From positions 4,820,303 to 4,884,302 of the forward strand of contig CM082582.2 of NCBI GenBank assembly GCA_040954595.2: 64,000 nt of DNA, given 5' to 3'. The translations under genes and the position numbers were made by a program. Shown here in pieces: positions 27,201 to 38,300 of this stretch (position 1 is the stretch's first letter; every line of letters begins with the position of its first letter). Source of the DNA: Balanoglossus misakiensis. Taxonomy: Eukaryota; Animalia; Hemichordata. Below the pieces are notes generated by a model that made no database searches, was not told the origin of the DNA, and worked only from the letters and a program-made list of their open reading frames with translations.

Positions 27201-30200
27201 AATTCTGGAATGATTTCAAAGAAATTTCTATCCATTTTGTTCTTAGTGATACAGATTTGGTGTTGGAACATGCTGGAGTCAGCAGTATAGTGACAGTGCT
27301 GGATCACTGTGGAATTCCTGAAGTCCAAGAATCTCTGTTGAGTTGTCTGGAGATTCTCTCAATGAAATCTTCAAGGTAAGCTATAGGTCACACACGGTAA
27401 TTGAAATCTATGTTGTAGTTTATGCATCAAACAATATCCTACTGTATAGTTCTCAAATCTTGCCTGTGCACATGGCATCCTGTGTCACAAGTGCTATCTT
27501 ATGCCTGGCTGGTTGCTTAAACATAAGACTGAATTCCAGTGTAATTTCATTACAAAATGCTCTCTTAAGCAGTGTTCTCTGATTTTCAGTGCATGCAGGG
27601 AAATTTGCAGTGTTGATGGAATCCAACTGTTATGTAGACTTCTGTGGAGGGTAAGTACTGAGTACTGAAACTCATGCAGCCATATTTTAAGTGTATTACT
27701 ATGATGATGTCTTGGATATGCTGTGTGCTGACATGCAATACAAGACTGATATAGTTTTCAAGCAATGTAGATATTACTTGTTACGTATCAAATGAAACAA
27801 AAATATGTAGGTAGAGTATCACATGATTGCTATCTCAGCTTGATAACACCACATCCATGGATATATGGTAGATAACTTTTGGAGGAGTTGAAAGGTTAAA
27901 AACTAAATGGACTTAATACAAAACAGTTTTCTCATAGAATTGCTTGAAGTAGTCTGATGAAGCAATGAAATCTTTATGGGCTACCAACTCTCACCTTCGT
28001 TACTGTTTTTGTAAGTTTAATGTTTAATTTAATATTAAAGACCGAATGTTTGAATTGAATTTTTAAGAACTGTGAAGAAACCATAGTGGAACTGGTCTTG
28101 AAAATCCTGGCAAATGTGGCATTCAATGATAGGTATGTAGTATAGAAAGACTGGTTAATTAGTGCTTTAGAGATAAATGGAAACGTAAAAGGTGGTGGGC
28201 ATTGAGGGATCTATACATGGACGATAGCATGGGTCCTACCTTGGTTGGTAGATCTTGTATGGCAACCAAATAAATGTGGATAAATTTAAGACAATTTGGT
28301 TCTCTTATCCAGACGTATGCGTGGCAACTTACAGTAGATTATTTACAAAAATGAGGATATGCAACAGCATAATTGTAAGATGGAGTTTCAATTTTAATTA
28401 ATGTATGAAAACCCTTGACAGATAAACCAGGTTTACATATCAACTTCTCTCTTCAAGACCCTCAATAGACAAATGCAATGCCCCTGTGCTGTTATTTGTG
28501 TTTAAGTATGTAATAAATTGATGTTATACACATTTTTGACTTGGTTTGTTGTAGGTCATGTAGTGAGATCGCTCAGAAAGGAGGAATTCTTGCCATTGTT
28601 CATCTTCTTCCCCAAATGAAAACAGACACATGTATTGTGTGTGCACTGGATTTGCTCACTTCCCTAGCTACACATGTAAGGTAAATAATTTGAAATTCAC
28701 GTAGAGGAAAACAGGTTGCTCCAATTCAGGTATCTTTTTTCTCCCGTAAATGTTTTTTAAGAATGATAAATCTGTCGCTAATTCCAAGTCTGTTTCTGGT
28801 GCGCAATGACCTTTGCATCATCACTGTCCGATATTCAGGATGTAACAATGGTCAGAATTATTAATCTTTAAAGAAAACTTTATTACATAGTGATCTTTGC
28901 GAAGTTGCAGTTACTTTTCTACTCAGTCAATATCATCTGTACATATTGTCACATTATTTTATGTAGTGTTCTGTAAAATGTTGACGTTGAAATAACCCTT
29001 TGTCTTGCAGCTTTGATGGAACCAGGCTAGCAAGACAGGTGGTTGTCATGGCTTCACAATTAGTCATTGGTAAATCTCATCAAGTGAGTAGTCTTCCCTC
29101 AACTTTCTATTTGTAGTCAAAAGGTGAAATAACATTAATTTGCAAACTGGCATCTCAATTGGTATGCAGTTTTTCATGTTATGCTTTGTCCCCCATGAAC
29201 AGCGATTCTGTAGCCAATGATCACTTACACTAGCCTATAGTAGAATATGAAGCGGTCTATTGACAGATTGTGATACAAGACGTGTATGTACATGTTCAGT
29301 GTAGTGGTATATCTAGAGGTTATAAACGGCTAGCGAGGGTATTTGGTTACGGATATAAGACCTCTCAGGTGAAAATGAGCATGTTCAGGTTCGGGTTTTC
29401 TTGATGATAATATAAACCCCGGCTCCAGCCAATCAGCGAGCTGGATTCACACCAAGCATATTAGAATTCATCCTAGTATACATGTATAGTGTATTGTAAT
29501 ATGTGTATATGCATTGTACACCACCTACAAAGGATGACAATTAATACATAAAGGAAATTGGCAATTACAATTATGCTGTTTATTTGGATATGTGACTGTG
29601 AATATGGCAGTGCAGAACTGTTTGTGTATTGATATTGAATTCTCCTTGATTTTCAGGTCCGGAGATCTGCAATAAAGTTGTTGAAAACTTTATGTTCACA
29701 TGAAAAAACTAAGAAGATGATGGAAAAACAAGGTATTCCTGTTGCTATTCAGAAGTGAGTATGGGCATTTTGGAGTCTAGGGGAAATCATTGACGACATA
29801 ATTTTTAAGTATCTATAATATGAGCTGCAATCCGTAATAAAATATAGGGGTTACCACACTTGTTTTTGAAATACAGAGCCATGAATTTAGGAAACTGCTG
29901 ACTCGCATTCTTCCCCAATAGTTTGTGTATGGGCAAAATTTTAACGCGATTTATCTCAAAATAGAGTGCGATGACCACATGATTTTATTTGTCCAATGAA
30001 TTTATATTTACTTCACTGATCTACGTGTAAAATTTTGTGAAAATGACAATAGTAGAAGTTTGTTTTCTGGCAATTATCAATGTAATCCTATGGGAAAAAG
30101 ACACACCTGCACCGTTTCCCAGTTTATGTTCTGTGTGTACATCCTTAAAACATTCTATGTGTTTATGTAAGCAAGAAAACATTTGTGCTTTACAACCTAA

Positions 30201-32512
30201 TGGGAAACCTCACCAAAAATCAGTTGGGTGTTTTTAGTGTTAATTGGCACAGTTTTTGATTTTTTTTTTTTGTGCAGAAGTAGCAGCAAGATGAAGTTAG
30301 ACGAAGAGACACAAGAGCTGTGCCGGGATTTCCTGCAGCTGTTCCAAGTTCCGAGAGCGAAAACACCAGCCGGAAAAAGCCCCCTTGCCATGTCTCTTCT
30401 GAAGTTCATCAAGGAGAAGGGTGCCATGAAGTCTCCTCCTGATCAGAGGTTAATCAGTCAAGGGGTCAAAGTTGAAAGGGCAAGTCCAAGTAGTACATTG
30501 GATAGCATGCCGATGTTGAATGCGCCTGCTGCAAAGACAACAGTAGAGTAGTAAGTTCAAATTTTCAAAATGGCTGCTTGGTTAAAATGTGAAGTTACTA
30601 TCTTCTGTTTTATCACCTTTAATATATGCCATCTCACTTCAAGTGGGTTGTTTCTGCAAATACAGAAGTTACGTTCCAAAAGATGCTACACAAAAACTTA
30701 TGTTAAATTACTCAGTAAGCTTGAATGATGATTAAATTAATTAGTAAAACTGGTGGTTTTGTTTTATAGAAGTTGAATATTTCCTTTGGAAGTTGTGTGG
30801 AGTCAAAGTGTGAGGCTTGTCAATTCTAACACAGAGTTTTCTATGCGTTGTCTATCTTGTCGTCTCTCTGTACAGCTCACATCCGAAAGTGAAGTGGTCT
30901 CAGAGAGGGGACACAGTCCTACTGAGTGTACAACTGGAAGGAGTTCAGAGTACAAAGTTGACAGTTGAACAGGATATCATTCACTTCAGGTACCTTTTTT
31001 CCCCGTGCAACTTTGGTCCAAAATTTTTGTGTACATCATATAGGGATGATGAAATTATAACACATAACTACCTTTAGTGATATTTATGACGATACGAACC
31101 ATCAATGATATCCCTATGATGTCTAAAGATAAACTGACCCAATGACAGGGTATGTCTCTTGTGCCAGCTCAAAATGCCTTGAGGCCTTAGCTTCCTTCTG
31201 CTATTCAAGAACCTGTATTAGCCTGCCCATGAAAATTTATGAGCAGTATCATTTAGAACATGCACGAATTGGCTATGGGAATATGATAATAAATATCAGT
31301 GAAGATTTATCAAACAGTAACATATAAATTTTGTATTTGGTTCAGTGAAAGATTACGATTTATATATTTCCCATTTTATTTCATAAAATTACTGAATATG
31401 CTCTGTTTTTCCCCCACAGTACCACCATGAATGGTAGGCATTATAGATTTGATCTGCAGTTATATGGGAATATTGCAAAGTATTCACAAACTCTGACTGG
31501 TAGAGAAGTACTGATTACTCTATATAAAGAGGAACCATGTTGTAAGTGGCCAAGATTAGTCAAGTCTAAACAGAAGGTAGGCAATTGTATATGCATGGAC
31601 AGGGAAAAGCCATCGCTGGAATAGATTGAGGAAAATAAGATTTTTTAGACATTTGTGTGGTAATCGTGCAAAAAAATGAAGGTTAACACCCTTTTTGGAA
31701 AAACAATTCCAGATTTTTCTTGGAGAGTTATAGAGAGACCCAAGTGTTTTCATATGTAATGTCATGTTTTTCTGTAGCCAAGCATATTAAATTAGTTGAG
31801 ATTCTGAGATGAAATAGCAAGTTCACAAGTGAAGAATTGTAATATGATTAAAGAATTGTGTATGTGATGTTTGTTTCAGGTACTGTATGTGAGTGTTGAT
31901 TTTGAGAGATGGGAGGATGAAGACTCGGATTCAGACAAAGCTTTTGAGAAACAGATGTTACAGAAGACATCAAGGAAAATCAACGGTATGGCCAATACAT
32001 AACATTAAAGGTGTTATGTACCTGGGGAACTTTTCTCCAAATCTGTTTTTCATGTTTAACATTGTGAGGTGTCTTTTCACAAATAAAGGAGAAAAAAGGA
32101 TGGTCATCTTGTCTTCATGAATGTTTTCCCATAGAGTTAACACAGAAATTGGCGGCCATTTTGAATTTGAAATTTGAGGCAGTTTCATTTATTGAAATTT
32201 CGCACAGTGACAATTTTATGCTCGTTTTTAAGAGAGAATTTTAAAACGATTTTGTAATCTCGTAAAGTATTTCGGCTCTATTTTTATCTACCAGTAATGT
32301 TAGATCTTGCTTAGTGTCATTGCACAATACAGAAAAGTATGAATACTAAATGATGCATCTTTTTTCTTTGTGCAGCGTCTTTCCTGGATGACAGTGATGT
32401 ATCAGACAGTGATGAAGATGATGACGACGATGATGAGGATGATAGATACGGCGTGGAATCTGACAAGGTTATTGCCGATGACCTGAACATGGGTTTGTTT
32501 GGAGGATATTAA
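10393..32512 (+). CDS. TDRD12: Tudor domain-containing protein 12 (Yb/SoYb/BoYb family piRNA factor): Tudor - linker - DEAD-like helicase - CCCH finger - Tudor - Tudor - ARM-like repeats - CS/p23 - acidic tail; about 40 exons
   Basis: N-terminus MAVNITVLK|VINAGCFW...RWYRGRV...CFLID...FLKFPSQAKKYSLFGLKP...KWDTAA resembles TDRD12. Large linker exon 12925-13867. Q-motif/Walker A [35 protein letters not shown] (~15714-15896). ITDATCIIHYDFP; THVVDATHFYARIL; CRVKPVDQDPDW; LGKTLWLDP; FFVDYGD; CS domain HPKVKWSQRGDTV...YRFDLQLY...KWPRL...VDFERWEDED; stop TAA 32510-32512. Confidence 0.93.
15378..15573. mobile_element. Kolobok-type non-autonomous element (TTAA TSD, AGG...CCT termini)
   Basis: TTAA|AGGTATACAGTCACCT ... 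AGGTGACCGTATACCT|TTAA. The internal sequence recurs at ~15300-15375 and ~5270-5357. Confidence 0.75.
18669..18761. mobile_element. 85-bp piggyBac-type MITE
   Basis: TTAA|CCCTTTCACC...GGTGAAAGGG|TTAA; multiple copies in the window. Confidence 0.85.
19300..19438. mobile_element. Tc1/mariner-type MITE (CTGTAAAAC...GTTTTACAG family)
   Basis: Terminal inverted repeats and a right TA; same family as 32660-32864. Confidence 0.7.
20952..21020. mobile_element. Degenerate copy of the piggyBac-type MITE
   Basis: TCACCACCAT...AAATCCATTGTTTCTATGG...GGTGAAAGGGTTAA. Confidence 0.7.
22246..22409. mobile_element. hAT-type MITE with 8-bp TSD
   Basis: AGTGCGCCCTCTA...TAGAGGGCACACTG flanked by AATGGGTC/ATTGGGTC; homologous to 35774-35944, ~53955-54057 and 58810-58990. 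Confidence 0.8.
23689..23792. repeat. (CAT/CAC)n microsatellite, intronic
   Basis: Imperfect CAC/CAT runs upstream of the acceptor at 23826. Confidence 0.85.
24205..24285. repeat. (TTGA/TTGG)n microsatellite
   Basis: Directly visible tandem repeat. Confidence 0.9.
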
Positions 32513-32659
32513 AAACGGGAGAAGTTGTTTCTCGGTCTGACTGTTTTTGGGGCTCTGACGTAAGGACACATTTTAATGTATGATTTCATACATTATGAAG
32601 GCCTTTATTCTTGTCTTTTTATCACAAATTTCCGTGCATCACTAAAAATACATAGCATA

Positions 32660-32864
32660 CTGCAAAACGGGTTATTTTCGCGAGCGATAAATTTTCGCGA
32701 AATACGCGAGAGCCAAAACAACATGAAAATAAAGGTCGCGTAAAATTGTTTTTCGGAGATAAAGATGTAGTGAAATATGAGAACGCCAAAATTAATCCTT
32801 GCGTAACAGTTGCCTGTTTTGATATTGCGAACATTTTCTGTCATGAAAATTACCCGTTTTACAG
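32660..32864. mobile_element. Tc1/mariner-type MITE just 3' of the TDRD12 stop
   Basis: TA|CTGCAAAACGGGTTATTTTC...GAAAATTACCCGTTTTACAG|TA. Confidence 0.8.
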
Positions 32865-33207
32865 TAGTTTGTCTTGCCATAATGGTCCAAAAAATGAGGA
32901 AATTGGCAAAAATTCACTAAAAATAAGACATTTTTTGATAACACCAGAAAATAAAAAAATCTATATTAAAGATCTAATAAGAAATAAACACCAATTTTCA
33001 AAATCTAACCAGTAGTTCTTGAATATTGACCAATTTCACATTTCCCCAGCTAATTTGCATATTTTTGGCAATGACAACTTCATTTGAAAAAACTCCCATC
33101 TACAGACCGGTCTGCCTCTACCGGTACACACCAAATATCGAGGTTATACGCGCAGCGGTTTTCAAGTTTTTGATGTGGACAGACATACATACATCCATCC
33201 ATCCATA

Positions 33208-34152
33208 CATATTCTCACAAATAAGCGCCACCCTTGATTAGGCGCCAGTGATACCTGACTTTGCTACTTTTTACTTAAAATTAAGCGCCAGGAATTTTTT
33301 TTTTTTTTGAGGTGTGTGGACGTACGTGAATCATGACAAGTACTACCGAGGTTACACCTGTTTAGGGGTCTTGTCAAAAACAACGGGGCTTGCTGCGTGA
33401 ATAATAATTGACCTGAGCAGACAATGCATGCTTTGGGCTGATGTGCTATTTATTTACAAGATGAAATCGGGCACATGTCAACCTCCTAATTTATGTAAAT
33501 TATCACACTGCAAAAGACACAGGTGCCGGGCGTCTAGACACTCGTCTTTTTCCTGTCGATCGATCGGCAGCCGCTTACGTTACCGGCACTACCACCCAAG
33601 TTTGACCATATATGGCCAGGGCTTTGAAATAATAGGACTAGTTTCAAGCTGTGAATGTTTGCGGTATTAATTTTCTCGTGAATATTCACGCAACCTGAGT
33701 ATTCACACAACCTTGCCTGACCTTACATGTGCATGATGTGTGAGAGCATGATGACAAAGACGCACTTGGACTAAACCACTATACGTCAGTAGATTTTGTT
33801 GATGGTTCAGCCAGCATACTGTAATGCTGCTCGTAGTATTCACTTCGTTGACAACTTTTTATTTCTGGAATATTTTTTAGATAATACATTGAACTGACTC
33901 TATTTGAATAGAAAATGTTAAAACTTTACATATGAATTTGAAACAGCCATTCATTCACTGCGGACACTCCCTTACGAGAACACTGATTGGAACGTCCCAA
34001 ATCATTTGCATATGAATCAACAGGGTACAGTATACAGGGCGATCCATGAATAAGCGCCACCGGTTCTTGAAAAGACTCATTTCTGCCTTTGTTTAGGCGC
34101 CACCAAAATTTGAAATGGTTAAAAAGTGGCGCTTATTTGTGAGAATATACGG
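33208..34152. mobile_element. ~0.95 kb non-autonomous TIR transposon (Tc1/pogo-type) inserted in a (TACA)n tract of an older repeat
   Basis: ATATTCTCACAAATAAGCGCCAC ... GTGGCGCTTATTTGTGAGAATATACGG|TA, with the CATA microsatellite continuing on both sides. Confidence 0.8.
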
Positions 34153-35358
34153 TACATACATACATACATACATACATACATACTCACACACAGACAGACG
34201 CTGCTGATCCCATAAGCTCCCACTGGAATAGGATCTAAAAATAAAATTTGAAGGAATGAAAACTCAGCAAGAGTTGCTGTGTATGGATATGAATGTTTGT
34301 TTGAACAGATTTACTAACAAGTTACGAATCCAGTTTCAGTAGTTAGTTGCAAGAGCTCTGAGTGACAGAGTAAGTTGTTTAAAAAAAGTTCTTCATTCTC
34401 TAAAATAACTTGCCCAGTTATTTTAATTTGGATCATGTTATTAGATATGGAGTCTACTTCATAATGACCATTGTGGTAAAATTGATGAAAGATGACAAAT
34501 TATTATGTTTGGGCAAATTTGTTCTGGATTTTCATACTTGGTATAAAAAATCAGGTGAGAATTGTGTTTATAATTATAATGATGTGTCGTTGCAATGACA
34601 GTGGTTGTTTACCAACTTACGGAGACTTTTGGGCAAAAGCAAAAATACTGAAACTATAACCCAAAGTTACAGCTAATGTCCGTTTAAGACAAAGTAGCTT
34701 ATGTTCTTCTGATGTTAGAGTATATTATACTCATAGATAAGACACTCAGTTTCATAACTTTGTTTTATTTTCAATACATATAACTAGATTGTTCCAATAT
34801 GAACTTTCATTCAAATGGAAGTCCTTTTGTTTGTTCTTTTTCAATAAATAATTGACAGTGAAATGTGTGCAGTCCATTTAATATTCAAGTTACTAGTATA
34901 TAACACACCACTTACCAGTACTACATTTTGTATTTTAACCGTATTAGAACTGAAAATTAACCCTACCTTCCAACCGTCCTGAGACTCATATAGTTGCATA
35001 ACAAACTTTCCATGATGATGACAACATTTGGAATTTTGAAGGCTTGGTAATGACTTTGACAAAGATTCAGAAACAACACTGAAATTTTGCTTTTGCACAC
35101 TACAGTAAATACAAAAGATACTTTGGTCATTGTTTTGATCATATATATCATTGTGCTTCATATTATCTATCATATTTTATAAATCAGACATTTACATTGT
35201 ACATTTGAATCATGAGTTTCTTCTAACTTGCAAAGGTTAAATTTGTGGTGAAAATTTACAGAATTCTCCATCAGATAACAATAACACCAGCCTCTGTGAA
35301 CAATCTGGACTATCTATCATTCTGGATGTTCTACTGACTGCAGCCATTACTAAGAAGG

Positions 35359-38300
35359 TTAAAGGTCATTTCCATTCAAGCTCTTCAATTGTGGAAGGAT
35401 TATTTTGACTTTACTGTTTAAGTCTGCTACATCACACACTGGATTGCCCTGTAGCTGCAATACATGTAGATTGGGACAAGTTTTCAGTGGTGATAATTGT
35501 TCCAGGGTTGTCAAACCTGATGGAGTCAATGTAAGGAAAATAAGATGTCCACTACAAACAAAACCGTCTTGGTGATTTGAGAAACCAGCGTTGTAATATT
35601 GTCACTTTCTTTTAATTTTCGAAAAAAAGAGATACTTTTTAATATCAAACAACATATAGCAAACACCAAGTCACCATGCTTGATTTTCACTGCCATGCCA
35701 AATACCCTGGTATGGACCACTGTTATCACTACAGTTATTGAAGTCCACCAGTAGATTAGACTTAAGATGGGAACAGTGTGCCCTCTAACAAAAATAATTT
35801 TTAAAAGCTTTGAGTCAATTTGAGGATTTCTAAAAAATTCTCTGAGTCATCCCTTTACCTTTGCATGTATTCTGGATAGTGTTTTAAAAATCGCCAGTGA
35901 GTTTGTTGAGTCAGTGGCGTGTCATTAGCTTATAGGGCACACTAGATGGGGAACCATGCAGAATAATACTTAGTGACGTTTGGTTTAGATTGCATAAAGG
36001 ATACAGTTGTTCTGTAGAGACAATTCCTTCAGGACCGGTAGATTGATTACATCGCCGATGTCGTTGATTTTGTTGTCGTCAGCTTTCAGTTTCTGAACAG
36101 CTTGTAGCATCGAACTATGTCTGAGAGACGAAAGCTGATTGGCAGAGACGTCAAGTGATGTCATAAGTATCATGTGATCTGTGTGGTACAGGCAGGAAAG
36201 ACCCTGTGAAGAAAAACACAGTGTGTTACTAGGACTAGCCACAGTTTGGAAGGCACAATTGAAAGGCATATTCTTCGGAAACTCTGCAAACTCACCTTAT
36301 TTGAGAGATCCAGTTCTCTGCTATCACCCGTGGACACCTTACTGATTGCATTCTCTATGATGAATTTACTCCTCAAGTCTCTATAATATTGAAGTCTGGA
36401 TGGATCTTCCTTCTCTAGCAATGCAAGATAATCCAGTGTTTGTTTCTCGTAGTGCACGGGATCTATGGCTCTCATCAGGAATAGTATGGTGAGTAGGCAC
36501 CCTATAAAGTGAATGAGGGTGAGTTAGGAATTATCGTACTCAAGAGGGCGCTATCTAGCTCTTTTTAACCCACCTTTCATAAATAACAATGCTGAGTATG
36601 GTTTCAGAAATTTATAAGCCGCACCATGACTTCATCTACAGAAAGTGGGATGATGTTAATTGATGAAAATTGATGAAAATTCATACATTTCGCTCTGCGT
36701 ATTAACTAGTTTCATGTTGTAGTCACCAGACTTCTCGTGAAATTTGTTGTTGCTATCAGTAATATCATAGACAGTATATAGAGAGAGTACTGTCTATGGT
36801 GATATCAATGAAGGCTTTAAATTCACAAGCCATGTTTACAAGCCAACTACAAAGCATTTCAATGTGCAAGCTGGTGCATGGAATGCAGTAAAAGTTTTGG
36901 AAAATATCAATAGTGATAGCTACTGAATTGTCAGTTTTCAACCATACCAATCTTCGGCAAAATGCATTTCAGAAAGTGAAAATACTTCACAGACTTTGAC
37001 AACTGCAGAGAGACACATTTCTGTAACTTACATTTATTTTCAGGTTCTAATTCTTGCAGTTGCTGACATGATTCCAGTTCATTCTTCAGAACACTTGATG
37101 TTTCTGCACTCAGTACTGAAGTGAAAATAGTCTGTGGTGTGGTGTCTTGACTCCAGGATTCTATATCTCCTATAAAGATGAAATAAAAATTTCTTAAACA
37201 CCACAATATTTTCATTCCAGTGGCTAGTGTCAAAATTATTCAAAATAGGAGAGACAACCAAAATTTTACTATTTTAATTAACATGATTATACATTATATA
37301 TATATATATTAATATTCTTCACATGCATCACATGTTAAAGGAGTTTGATAAATACCTGTGAATTAGGCATTATCTGATTTTGTTTCATCTATGTCAAGAT
37401 TTGGTTATGCTTAATGACAGAGTGATTTGACTTCATCATGATACATATTAATATATGAATAGGTTTTTCCATAGTAATTCATTGTGAAAGTTTGCATGAA
37501 AAACTAACCTTCATTGAGCTGACAGATCCTCTGTATACTGTAATCTGCAATGGCTACACTGATAACATTGTCTCCTGTCGTTTTTAGACTCTCAGATGGA
37601 AATTCACATATCTGACTTGTATAGAAAAACAGCAAGATGTGGTATGGCTCATTGGTCTATAAAATTAGCTGTGGCTTGGCACTTATGATAGCTCATTTGA
37701 GTTACGGTCAACACTCAATACTGTACACATTTTAACAGAACACACATTTGCGCCCTCCCCCCCCCCTCTCTCTCTCTCTCACTCACTCTCTCTCTCCCCC
37801 CTGCCTGTGACAATAGCGTGACAAGGTGCCAACAGTGAAGCTATATATTACCAAAGGATACCCATATAACACTGTAGTTATTTGTGTTACTTGGCGTACA
37901 CCATACAACTTCTATGTCACTATTGTTGATGGTCACTTTGGCTTGTACTTTCTTCAAATGTATTGCTTTGGTGAAAGACAACGCTAGTTTCTTAGTTTCC
38001 TTATTCACATACAGACATCGAATTTCTTGAACTTGTTCAGCTGGAAAAAAATAGAAAATTTACCCTGTAGCAATTACTTGTATAATAAATGATTTTACAG
38101 AGCTGTGTAAACATGTTACATACGAAACAATTTACTTAGCTGCATCAATGTATACTGTTGTTCTGTTTGCATTTTCTCCTGGGCATGTGTATGTTTTTCC
38201 GCTAACTTTCCCTCTATGATCACGAGAGAACTTGCTAGTCCTTATTCTATGTTTTATTCTTGTAAAGAGATTTAGTCTGAATGTACTGAAACAACACACA

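Noticed and set aside
27696-27756. Possible C/D-box snoRNA (ATGATGA...CTGA with terminal stem)
   Set aside because: Only ~60 nt, internally self-complementary, and I could not identify an rRNA or snRNA guide.
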